A DNA stretch of 64,000 nucleotides. Origin: Novakomyces olei. Lineage: Eukaryota. Location: positions 620,001 through 684,000 of the forward strand of contig JADEYG010000004.1 in the NCBI GenBank assembly GCA_016906335.1. The letters are read 5' to 3'. The translations under genes and the position numbers were made by a program. The notes under the pieces were generated by a model, which worked only from the letters and a program-made list of their open reading frames with translations, was not told the origin of the DNA and did no database searches. Positions 12,201 through 22,800 of the stretch are shown piece by piece (positions within the stretch are counted from its first letter, which is position 1; the number at the start of each line of letters is the position of its first letter).

Positions 12201-13153
12201 AGCCAGGAAAGTGAATGGGACGATTATGTATGCATTTCAGAATGTTCAAAGACTACAGAGCAACTCGAAAGTCTAGTTAAGAGCTCGCAACACGTAAACA
12301 ATACGAGCAAAGATCAAAATGAACTATGCTCGAAACTCACCCGCGAAATTGCAGGCTGTATGATATTTCTTATTGTCTTATTACTAATTACGTTAAGTGG
12401 AATCCAAAGTTATGCAAATTGCACGGTACTTGAAGCTAAGGTTTCAGGATGATAAGCATTTGGCAATGAGAAAGCTTGGCCCTGAGCAGGCTGCACTTCA
12501 AAAGAGAATTCGGCAGTTATCTCAAGTAAGAATAGGCATAACTATTTTGTACCATCATTATCATTATCCTTTTTATTTTATTTTTCAATATTGCTTAATT
12601 TCCCCGATTTTACCTTGATATTCCTTGCAGCATTTTACTTGTTTTAAATTTGTTTCTTTTTCTTTTATCAAATTTGACGTTGAAGCGCGATATTGTGCTC
12701 GATATGAATTGATACGATATACAGTGCTAACAGCAACAGGGAGTGGAACAATCTATTCGCGAATGCGAGCGAAATGCTTCTCATCTTGAGGCTGCAAAAG
12801 CCGCGGCAAAGGGCAGAGACTTGGATGCAGAATCATTGGTATCCGTAAGGGAAATGACCTTTAGAATAGCCAATTTTGTCAAACTGCGAGCAAAAGAGTT
12901 GGACAATGTTTACGCAGAATTAAAAGCACTGCAAATCTTTTCCTCGACTGAATTGGGCTCAGCAGGCGCGCAGATGAACAGCTCATTTAATGCCTCTGAA
13001 ATGACTCGTGATGGGCCATCAATTCTGGGAAGTTCTCTGGGACCTTTTGCCAATATTGCTCAAGCACAGTTTCAGCAAAGGCTTGATTACATACAACGTA
13101 TCAAGGATGGGACAAGGGATACAACCGCATTACGTAACTCACCTTTTGCGTAG
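8469..13153 (+). CDS. NUP159: Cytoplasmic-filament FG nucleoporin Nup159/Nup146/NUP214, ~10 exons
   Basis: N-terminal beta-propeller (FAVSNSKALFAAG, SWSKRGKQIAIG, VLWLENH, PLPQLWLLNSDG), FG/FGQ repeat region, Pro-rich linker, C-terminal coiled coil (RKLGPEQAALQKRIRQL). GT-AG introns join the ORF pieces. Start ATG inferred. Confidence 0.88.
9241..9283. repeat. Poly(A) tract (~43 nt) inside a Nup159 intron
   Basis: Homopolymer within intron ~9156-9372. Confidence 0.9.
11220..11497 (+). repeat. 81-bp coding tandem repeat x~3.4 (EE[N/S]APMPPSPT[D/E]EAPMPPSPVQEPSxQ) in Nup159
   Basis: Units start at 11220, 11301, 11382 and 11463, near-identical at the DNA level. Confidence 0.92.
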
Positions 13154-13518
13154 GGCGTTAAATGTTTTTGGGATTATAGTCTCTTCTTAGTATATTAATT
13201 AGATTATTCATGAATTCGTCTAGCTCCTAAACCAAATTTGGTGAAACAAAAGTCAGTGGAGGCAATGGCTGGTGGCACTATATAATGAAATAGAATGAGC
13301 GATAGAATGAGCAATAGAACTTGTCACAACCGCAATAATAGCTTTGTTATTTGATCAGGCAATCATTATCAGATTTATTTATTATGTTCAGTCCTTGTTA
13401 ATATTACTTGCTCAACTTGTGTTAATATTGCTTAGAGTAATGTATTGATTAGGATTATATATCGCTATAAGCGCTTCGATACAGCTTTCACCATAAGAAT
13501 GGGCGATTCTAATAATAT

Positions 13519-13591
13519 GGTCGGGTGGCGCAATTGGTAGCGCGCGAGACTACGAATCTCGAGGTTGAGGGTTCGAGCCCCTTCTCGATCG
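13519..13591 (+). tRNA. tRNA-Arg (anticodon ACG), intronless
   Basis: Cloverleaf: acceptor GGTCGGG/CTCGATC, D arm GCGC-AATTGGTA-GCGC, anticodon arm CGAGA-CTACGAA-TCTCG, T arm GAGGG-TTCGAGC-CCCTT, followed by a TTTTT Pol III terminator. Confidence 0.96.
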
Positions 13592-14034
13592 ACCTTTTTG
13601 TCCTTTTGCAAGCCTTTCTGTCAGGTATTCTATGGTTATTTTATAGCGTGAATTTTTATTTGATTCAGAAGTTGTAGATAAAGCAATAAGATTAATGTCC
13701 CTGAACGAACATCTCGTCTGTGACTAAACATTTCGTCACTGGAAAGTCTTCTTTTTGTTGATTGCTCGTTGGAAAACATTGGCTATTTGCCCAATACTAA
13801 AAATTATTCATCAGTTTAATAAAGCGTTTGATAGGTTTGATAAGTATACATTGAATGATATTTTGCACAGATGGACTTTTATATAATAATATTGTTCAAT
13901 ACTAAAGATAAATAAACCTTGATGAGTGCGAATTAATAAGGACCAAAAAATAAACGTTTGTGCTTAACTCGTACCTTAAATATTAGTATTGCAAATAAAT
14001 ATTGCAAAATCAGTATTGCATAAAAGTCGAGCAA

Positions 14035-14775
14035 ATGAGGCAAATGACTTTCTCACTGGTTCAGCTTTCATCGTCTTGCTTGATTTGTCTTGGAACAGGC
14101 CTTTTATTGGGCTCACGGCTGTTTGCAACAGCTACTGTATTATCAAGAAAGAAAGACGCGAGGGGCTCATTGCCTCCCTCAGCCGACGAAGACGCTTTTA
14201 ACAAATCGACAAATTATGCTCGACTGGCTCGACGAGAGGGCGCAAAATTAATGCTTATAATCCGCACAGATTTAGGAATGTCCAAGGGAAAGGTACTATT
14301 GATTATAATTATTATTATTATTTACTCCCTTTGATCTAACCGTTTGTGTAGGTCGCAGCGCAAGCGGGCCATGCTACTTTGGCGTGCTACAAGACAACTA
14401 AACGGAATAATCCAGAGCTGATAAAAGCTTGGGAAGATATTGGTCAAGCCAAGATTGCCTTACAAACAAAGTCTGAAGAAGAATTAGAGATTCTTCAAGC
14501 ACAGGCATTTTCTTTGGGATTGGCTGCTCATATTATACACGATGCTGGTCGCACTCAGGTCGCGAGTGGCACGGCTACGATACTGGGTATTGGGCCTGGA
14601 CCTATATCGGTAATTTACATTTATTTTTTTTATTGTTTATATTTTCGTTATTTATATTTATATTAATCATAATTTTCATGCATAATCAAATTGTTATTAT
14701 TATTTGCTTTAATTTGACTAATCATGGTTTAAGGTGGTGGACCAAGTCACAAAGGACTTGAAGCTATATCAATAA
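14035..14775 (+). CDS. PTH2: Peptidyl-tRNA hydrolase 2; exons 14035-14252, 14352-14609, 14734-14775
   Basis: KLMLIIRTDLGMSKGK/VAAQAGHA, GQAKIAL, IIHDAGRTQVASG, LGIGPGP/VVDQVTKDLKLY motifs. N-terminal hydrophobic anchor. Confidence 0.93.
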
Positions 14776-15051
14776 ACGACCCAAAGCGATACCGTTTACA
14801 TGGCGGAATATTGCATTTGCATACGATTGAAATCGTTTTACGTCATCCAATCGGATCATGGCACATTCATTGTATAGAATTTAGCGTGAATTATAAAATT
14901 AATAACTCCTTGTCAACATTACTAGTGTACATATATGTATCCATACATTCCATAAACTTGTATATTACAGACTCATTTTTCATTACGTATCTCATGGTCC
15001 ATGAATGGGGTATTGGATAGCAATTCCACGATTTAAAGACGCCACAAGATC

Positions 15052-17266
15052 CTAAGTGGCGTTTCTTTTTCGTCTTAATTGTGAAATCATTTCAAGCCGT
15101 GACCATTTATTTTCACTTGGGGGGATGGCCAGAGCAACGTCAAAGCCTCTAATCAATTTGTAAATCACGGTTGCCAGTATTCTGGATCTTTCTGAAAGAC
15201 TCGTCTTTTCAAAAATATCCAAAGAAGCAGCGTCCGTACAATTCCAAAGCTGTAGCATTAGGAGTATTGAGTGAGCCACATGTTTCGGTGCTCCAGCATA
15301 TACAACGCTGACCAGTTCCCTCCAGGTCGACAAGTCTAAAATCGGCTCGTCAACTGATATTTCTGTCTTGATCTTGGCCGCTAAAACCCTTTGATCTAGA
15401 GGGTAATTTTGTACAACCATTGTCTCCACAATCATTGATATAACGTCCATTTTTTTGCGCTTATCAGCAGCGGCCAAAGACGTGCCAAAAGCTGCACTCG
15501 AAAGGATTTCTTGTGATGGACTAGTTTTTGTTATATTTCTATACATTTTCAAGGCGAGTAGAACTCTTTCGGGTTCGAATCGACTCAAAATTTCGAAATA
15601 TCTGGGCCAAAAATCCTTGGGAAAAGTTGTTCCAAACCTTTTGATTAAAATCTCTGCCAGTTCCGTTTCATTACCGTTGTTGAGCAAACTAAATACTGTA
15701 TCACAAATCACAGACTTGCGGATTGGGTACTGCCTTTTTTCGCCAAGATCAATAAGTATGTGAACGGCTGTTCTATCGTTTCCCGTTTCGGATAATTTTG
15801 TGAATATTATTTCAATCAAATTGTCAGTAACGGCAAACGGGAACTTTGCATCTTTCAATGCTCGAAGTGTATCGGCAAAGACATCACAAAATATTTGTTC
15901 ATTAAATGCTGAAGATTCAATTATTGAACAAAATGCGTGTTCAATATGATAAACAGACCGAGGATAACACACTGTGATCAAGTGTAAGAGACGTGATAGG
16001 TCATCCTTTTCCGTATTGTTCTCAAGCCTGAAACAATGCAGATGAGAAAAAGCTTCCATAAATTGCTGTGTATTGCACCGCTTCAATTGCTTGGGTCCAG
16101 CAGACGAGATATTTGCTACCAGTTCAGAAACCGTTTTAGCCATAAAGATTGCCTCAAGACTTACAGGCCTGGTAGGCTCACTGCTTTGGACATTTAAAGA
16201 TTTTGTGTCGCTTTTTATTTCTGCTTGATGGAATTTAACAAGAGCTCTTGCATAATCCTCTAACTCATTTGCAACAAGAGCACTAACCATACAATCCAAG
16301 GCCACCTTGACCAAGGGCACGCTAGTGGAAGTGTCACCGGCAATACAAATTCTGCCTGGCTTTGTCATGAATTGCTGCTTTGCAAGAGCCTGTAATTTTG
16401 ATGGTTTCACGGTTTGGTGGACTCTAACGCATATTTTAATTGTTTCTTCTGCTTCAGCGAGGGGTAGTACGGAAAATTCTTGTAAGTCTCGTAAAATAGA
16501 CGTTGAAAATTGTGCGAACCCGCCAACAGCAAACTCCAACGACGCTCGTAAAAGCAAGTCTTGCCTTTCATTTGGCGTGTGAAGATTTGGCATAAACTGT
16601 CGAATGGCATTAATCGCGAGATCAATGCCGTCAGCAACATGAAATTCATTAATTATAGACTCGGCAAATCGCACGTAAGCCCCTTGTTTCAGGCAGGCTT
16701 GTAAAAATAGCGTAAAAACATCGTCAGGAATCTGTTTAAATTGGGATTTGAGCATTTGCTTGCGTGCAAAAATTGCAGCAAAACTGGCCTCTGCTTCTTC
16801 CACGGCCTCTTTGCTCGTAACTGGACGGCTGATAAACTCTTCCAACAAAGTTTGGAGCTCTTGTAACGATTCTGTACCTGATTGAACGTTCCATTGCTCA
16901 TCATGAGGCTCGTATCCGAAGCCATTGAGCCCATCAAACAATCCCCTAACATATTCTGGACGATTAGACGAATGAACAAAGTAGAACAGAGACAGATATT
17001 AACGATTTGAAGGGCAAATGGGCATAAGAAAAGGGCAAAAAGAAGAGAAAAACAGCCGAAATAATCCTTGTCATACCCTGCAACGAGCTGGCGCCTTCAG
17101 TTCCAGACCGACTGGGCTCTTTCCCCTTAGTCTGCTTTATAGGCACATTTTTACTGTAAAGCTTTGCCGTTTGCGCCGATCGCAAAAGCGGGTTTGATAG
17201 TCTGAGAGACCGTGAACAGCGACAGCAGATAAAAGGAAATTCTGCGACCGCAACTCTTTTGTACAT
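15052..17266 (-). CDS. Hypothetical helical protein (~700 aa), probably mitochondrial; exons 17266-17077 and 16955-15052
   Basis: 629-codon ORF. The upstream exon is Arg/Ser-rich like a targeting peptide (MYKRVAVAEFPFICCRCSRSLRLS). Intron GTATGA...CTAAT..CAG joins in frame. Family not recognised. Confidence 0.7.
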
Positions 17267-17404
17267 CTGCAGTAGGACTCGGCCTATATGAGCCGCAGTC
17301 ACCGAGATTATTGCATCGCCTTTAAATAAAATAAATAATCGGTTATCAAACACTAGATGGCGTCGTTTCGTAGGAATAGATTTCGCAATATTCTGATAAA
17401 TATA

Positions 17405-17490
17405 GATAAATATAAATATAAATTAAATATAAATTAAATATAAATTAAATATAAATTAAATATTAAATATTAATATAATTATAAATATTA
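17405..17490. repeat. AT-only ~11-bp minisatellite (ATATAAATTAA) in a divergent intergenic spacer
   Basis: Directly visible. Confidence 0.8.
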
Positions 17491-17615
17491 AATAGACACT
17501 ACAGTTCTATATAGATAAATTTATCGATTCTTACTTGCCTCGTCTTTGTGAGGATCGCTCGAGCTAGAGTGGGTGAAGGCCTCCTGAAGAGCAGTGCAGA
17601 TATGAGCTAAAAAGG

Positions 17616-18243
17616 ATGAACGACTTGATCGAAGATCTAAGTGAGCAAAAGGCGGGTAAACCAGCGGCGCCGAGCCGTGCACGAGGTCAACGTTACGGCA
17701 TTGTAGATTCAGCTACCAAAAACCGTGAAACGGCACGAAGACTGGCCGATTTGGAGAAGGATAACTATACCGAGGCGCGAATTGAACTGCCGCGAGAGTA
17801 TGGTAAGAAACGCACAGTTGTTCTAAGTTTCGTTTGTTCTAAAGTTTCGTTTATTCTAAAGTTTCGTTTATTTTAAATTTTCGTTTATACTTGGTTTGCC
17901 TTCTTTGCAGTACTGACTGTGCAGTTCCTCATACGCAGAGCGCCTCTTTAAGTGTGCGAAAGATATTGGCGTCTCGCAAAACGCTTGTCAACCTTTTAGA
18001 CGATATGGTAAGCGCTTTTTTGGCTGCGAGCTTCGTTCGAAATGCTTATTACCGGTTTAGAATGATCGTATCCCTCAATTTGAGCAGATCGATGCTTCTG
18101 CCTCACAGTACCCGGCTCACGCTTTTTGCTCTATCTGTGGCTATTGGGGCCGCTACACTTGTATCCGCTGCGGAGCGCGCTTTTGCACACGCCATTGTGA
18201 GCAAGTACATTTAGAAACGAGGTGCCTCAAAGCCTACGGCTAG
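17616..18243 (+). CDS. VPS71: SWR1 complex subunit Vps71/Swc6 (HIT zinc finger), 3 exons
   Basis: RRLADLEKDNY, VRKILASRKTL, and last exon FCSICGYWGRYTCIRCGARFCTRHCEQVHLETRCLK (zf-HIT). Confidence 0.92.
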
Positions 18244-18253
18244 TCCAAAAATA

Positions 18254-19009
18254 ACCTAATCTCCAATGCGAAGTATTCTTATAGTCGCGCACATTTGTCT
18301 GTATATATATATGTATATATATACATATATATATTGAATGCCGTGATTAAGGATCGTGGTTCAACGCGATTCTTATGCATTTGCTACTCACATTTGGCAC
18401 GAGGAGCAGTTTGCGTCTGGTCGAAGGATCTCTTCTCATTCAAAGACCGAATATTCATGCGCTGCAATAATACTTCTCTTTCACCAGATGCTCACAAGGA
18501 AATCGCTTTTACGATTGCAAAAAGTACTTTTTGGCGCCTCGCTCCACAATGCTGGTTTTGCTTTGATTAGCGTGCAGCTTTCGATGGAGAAAAAGTCTGA
18601 TGCGGACAGGTTCTTTGTGACCTAATCTCCAATGCAAAGTATCCTAATAGTCGCGCACATTTGTCTGTATATATATGAATATGTATATATATGAATATGT
18701 ATATGTATATACATATACGTATATATATTGAATGTCGTGATTAAGGATCGTGGTTCAGCGCGATTCTTATGCATTTGCTACTCACATTTGGCACGAGGAG
18801 CAGTTTGCGTCTGGTTGAAGAACCTCTTCTCATTCAAAAGACATTCATGCGCTGCAATAATACTTCATTTCCACCAGATGCTCACACGGAAATCGCTTTT
18901 CGATTGCAAAAAGTACTTTTTGGCGCCTTGTTCCACAATGCTGGTTCTGCCTTGATTAGCGTGCAGCTTTCGATGGAGAAAAGTCTGATGCGGACGGGTT
19001 CTTTGTGAC
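18254..19009. repeat. Tandem direct duplication of a ~370-390-bp unit (18254-18620; 18620-19009)
   Basis: Both copies run acctaatctccaatgc...gttctttgtgac, with scattered substitutions and small indels. Confidence 0.93.
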
Positions 19010-19512
19010 AACCAACAGACGAATATTTTACTTATACCCAAATAGAATAGACTCTTAATTTCTTTTGTCTGATTTTCCCACTCAGAGCATTAGAGTTGAT
19101 AAAAGGCTTACCACAGTCCAGCAAAACATTGCTCTTAAATTTAGATCCACTTTTGACCACAACTTTTTATATTGCGTTAGTATTGATAATTCCCCTTTCT
19201 CAAAACCAAACTTTTCGACCCTATTCATCACTAGTGTGTAACAATGTCTTTGTGAAAAGTAAGGTTAAGAACTCCACTAAAATAAACATAAGCGAATACA
19301 CAAATTTATTAATTTGAAAGAGAATGAAAGTCATCGTTTTCGCTCAGATTTCTATCGGCTGCACTTTTGATACAAAACTGTAGCCGTTAAAAAAAATTGC
19401 GAAAACTCCGAAAAGTTCTCACAAAAGAATATAAATATTCTAGTAGTGTGAGCTTAATAAAGCCCTTGATCGCCAGTACGTTCGTGAAAACGTACCGACT
19501 TTGTAACAAAAA

Positions 19513-19720
19513 ATTGCGCAACAAAAGTTACGACTTTTAATTTTAAGACTTCCCCCCTCCCCAGTGATGTATTTAATTTTTTATTGCGCAACAGAAGTTA
19601 CGACTTTTTATTTTAAGGCTGGCCCCCTCCCCAGTGTTGTATTTAATTTTTTATTGCGCAACAGAAGTTACGATTTTTAGTTTTAAGACTGCCCCCTCCC
19701 CAGTGTCATATTTAGTTTTT
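19513..19720. repeat. 70-bp tandem repeat x3 (ATTGCGCAACAGAAGTTACGA...CCCCCTCCCCAGTG...)
   Basis: Units start at 19513, 19583 and 19653. Confidence 0.92.
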
Positions 19721-19801
19721 AAGCCACTAAGGGCCTTTTCACCCCATCCCCATCTCGGCCAGTTCTTAGGTACCTGACTAGACCGTTGACCCTCATTATT
19801 A

Positions 19802-20535
19802 GCCAAAACTTTAGCATGTATCGGTAAACTTTGGAATAATCGACAAGAAACAGACACAGATATAGCAAATCTGAGCGTAGAACGCCATTCAAACTGTTGT
19901 CCACATGACAAAATCAAGACTTTGCAAAGACAAAATAAGCGCCACTAGGAGAAGTAAATATTCTCACACAATCCGAGAATTTGCAGGTTAGTAATAGTCA
20001 TACACACGAGACAAGCTCGGAAGGTTGCAATAAATTGCGCTGTTTAATTATTAGTAGCAATACTCATACACACGAGACAAGCTCGGAAGGTTGCAATAAA
20101 TTGCGCTGTTTAATTATTAGTAGCAATACTCATACACACGAGACAAGCTCGGAAGGTTGCAATAAATTGCGCTGTTTAATTATTAGTAGCAATACTCATA
20201 CACACGAGACAAGCTCGGAAGGTTGCAATAAATTGCGCTGTTTAATTATTAGTAGCAATACTCATACACACGAGACAAGCTCGGAAAGATGCAAGATTAT
20301 TTTGACAAATTTCTCAAGCTCTTGTAAAGCAAATTAATGCAGTGCGTTCAACAGCTTATTAAAAGCCAAAAGCCAGAAAGCACAAAAATTAGCAAAGGCG
20401 TTAAATGCGTTCGAAATATTGACCATATACAAGCCAATGTGACAAACCTGCTCGGTGATCAAAAGCAGGCCTGTGCAATTCGTTCAAAGAATATCAGACC
20501 AATGCAAAGCACATCGATATAAAGAAACAATAAGT
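19802..20535 (+). mobile_element. Highly degenerate Ty1/copia pol relic (RT C-terminus + RNase H)
   Basis: Ordered motif remnants: IGKLWNNRQETDTDIA (cf. IGSLLYxAxxTRPDIA), SSEG/SSERCKIILTNFSSSCKAN (cf. SSQGYxxxLFGGxxxWKAN), LLGDQKQACAI (cf. xxDNQxAIxL), EYQTNAKHIDIK (cf. EYHxRTKHIDI). Stops and frameshifts lie between them. Confidence 0.6.
19988..20287. repeat. 66-bp near-perfect tandem repeat x~4.5
   Basis: tagtagcaatactcatacacacgagacaagctcggaaggttgcaataaattgcgctgtttaattat repeated. Confidence 0.95.
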
Positions 20536-20590
20536 CTCAATTTCTGATTCAAAGAGCAATCAAACGAATAAAGAATATGAGCGAATAGAG

Positions 20591-20910
20591 CAAAGCAGAC
20601 AAAGCAGACAAAGCAGACAAAGCAGACAAAGCAGACAAAGCAGACAAAGCAGACAAAGCAGACAAAGCAGACAAAGCAGACAAAGCAGACAAAGCAGACA
20701 AAGCAGACAAAGCAGACAAAGCAGACAAAGCAGACAAAGCAGACAAAGCAGACAAAGCAGACAAAGCAAAACAAGCAGACAAAGCAAAAATGCAAACAAA
20801 GCAAACAAAGCAGGCAAAGCAAAATAAGCAAGCAAAGCAAAATGAGCAGATAAAGCGAAAAAAAAAACATACAAAGCAAAGTAAGCAGACAAAGCAAGCA
20901 AAGCAATGCA
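20591..20910. repeat. 9-bp tandem array (CAAAGCAGA) x~20 perfect units, then degenerate
   Basis: Directly visible; produces spurious CFV/SAL/CLL repeat ORFs. Confidence 0.95.
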
Positions 20911-21002
20911 AGTTGGTAATAGTATTTAACAGAAACCAGAGCAGCAATAGAGCCGCAATAATAGCGAATTGAATCACAAAGGCATTAATTCATATGATAC
21001 GC

Positions 21003-21325
21003 GGTCACGTGACCTCAAAAGACGCGTAAAAATAAATAAAATTTTTGATAAGATAATAACTGTAAAAGAAGTAGGCCTTGGGCAAGGAACGTTATTGCTA
21101 GTGGCCTCAAAATGATTTTTTATGAGCCCAATGTCCTGTGATGGGCCTTATTTTTTTCTTTCGTAGCAACAAAGGCAGTGAAGTAGATACGGGGCAACGT
21201 GCGCGCTGCGGGCTATTTATACCCTATAGCCCGTAATATGGAAAACCCTGAGTAAACGCGTTGTTTTCGTGGTAATCGTGTAAAAAACTACAGAAAACCC
21301 TGTGCACAAGTGCGACGCGCGAAAA
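21003..21325. promoter_or_regulatory. Cluster of a GGTCACGTGACC palindrome, two ACGCGT (MCB) sites and a CGCGAAA (SCB-like) site
   Basis: GGTCACGTGACC 21003-21014; ACGCGT 21022 and 21256; GACGCGCGAAAA ~21314. Confidence 0.45.
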
Positions 21326-21433
21326 AATACGAGTTGTGGCGGCACCAGCCAGTATTGAAAAGTCGGGTTTGACGATAGGACGAAGCCAGAAAGTTTGAGC
21401 ATAGTTATAGACTCGCGATCCACCATCTCAGCC

Positions 21434-22800
21434 ATGAGAGCTTCACAATAGTGTAACTATAGTTTGGTGCCGAGGCACAACGAGCCCAAGATCCCATAGC
21501 ATTCGCTGGAAGATGCTCCACAGACGCCAAAGTACTTTAAGGGTTTGCAAGTACGCATGAATGCATTCATGCATGTATTCATGCGTGCATGAGTGCCGCT
21601 TCATTGCATATATGCGAGGATCTGTTGTGCACTCAAATACAAATAACGATTTCAGCCGGGCTTTGCTTCTCACAGAGCAAAAGCTCAGATCTTTGGTAGC
21701 CAGCGCGTCAGCAAGACAGATATATCACAAAGCTGAGACTGCGATCGGTTCATCATAGATCAAGTCCGGTACATATGGCACCAAACTGTCGTGAATTCAA
21801 GACCGCGCTAATAAACAGCAAAGTCCCAGCGCATAAAACATGATGCTTGCTCAAGCTGGAGTGGCTCAAACCATACGGGAGGCGCGAAATTGCCAAATTA
21901 GCGCCTAGTTTTGCCAGCGATTTAAAGGTAAGGCTCGGGTTTGCTGTGAGATATGTGACTAAAGTGTGCAGACGGATATTCGGCAAGACCATGACGAAGA
22001 CGACGATACTGTCTTGCCGGGAGCCAAAGAGAGTCCATTAGAGACAGCACAGCATTCTTACTACAATTTGAATAATGAATCAATTCCAGGAGAAGCAAAC
22101 AGTAGCACGATACAAGCTAGTCGACAGGCCCTAGAACGATATAAACTAGGGACAACTTTTCGATGTGCTTCCTGACTCGTTGCGACAGCACAGTTACAAA
22201 CAAGAGCAAACTATAGACGCATTGAAACAAAACATGGTCAACTACAATAGCGAAACTTGCACGTGATTTACAACCGTGCCAGACTAGTTAGATAATGGGT
22301 GCAGTTTATATCTTTTTTAGCATTCTCGCCGAAAGCCGGTCAATAGCACAGATCAGTATGACAAAACATTATAAAGACGTGTTTGCATCTAGAGCGCTTC
22401 TAGTGTTTAAGCGTAGTACTTATTTATGTCTCTTCCATAGCAAATACGAGCAACAAACTAGCAAAGCCGTAGCACACTTGTCCAGTAGTCCAGGACTCAA
22501 AGCAGCGATATTCCAACAGCAAGCAGGTACCCTTTCGGCAGCGTTCCCTCATGGAACCCTTTATATACACACAGATCCACAGTTCCCTGGTACGCTCGTT
22601 CCGCATACCCATCTCGCATACGTATTACGGCCATTGACTGCTTCGCTCTTGTGCGGGAGTTTATATAAGGCAGGCGGAAGAAGGAGACAGCGCCAGCAAT
22701 AATCAGAGAGCCAGCTGCAGCAATACAGGCCAAATCGACGAAAAGCAATGGCCAAACAAGGGAAATGTGCGCGCTATTCATGTTTCTGGGTGCGAAAGAG
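21434..22800 (+). pseudogene. Possible decayed intron-containing gene of unknown family
   Basis: Intron-like segments GTACGC(21551)..TTTCAG(21656) and GTAAGG(21928)..GACTAA..TGCAG(21971). The second joins LEWLKPYGRREIAKLAPSFASDLK to TDIRQDHDEDDD in frame. Several in-frame stops. Boundaries uncertain. Confidence 0.3.

Noticed and set aside
19988..20287. CRISPR-like array (also the 70-bp and 31-bp repeats)
   Set aside because: Units are contiguous with no unique spacers, the context is eukaryotic and there are no cas genes. The fungal CAS1 name is unrelated to CRISPR Cas1.
20484..20977. ORFs with CFV/SAL/CLL repeats resembling membrane or Cys-rich proteins
   Set aside because: Artefacts of the stop-free 9-bp array, open in all three minus frames
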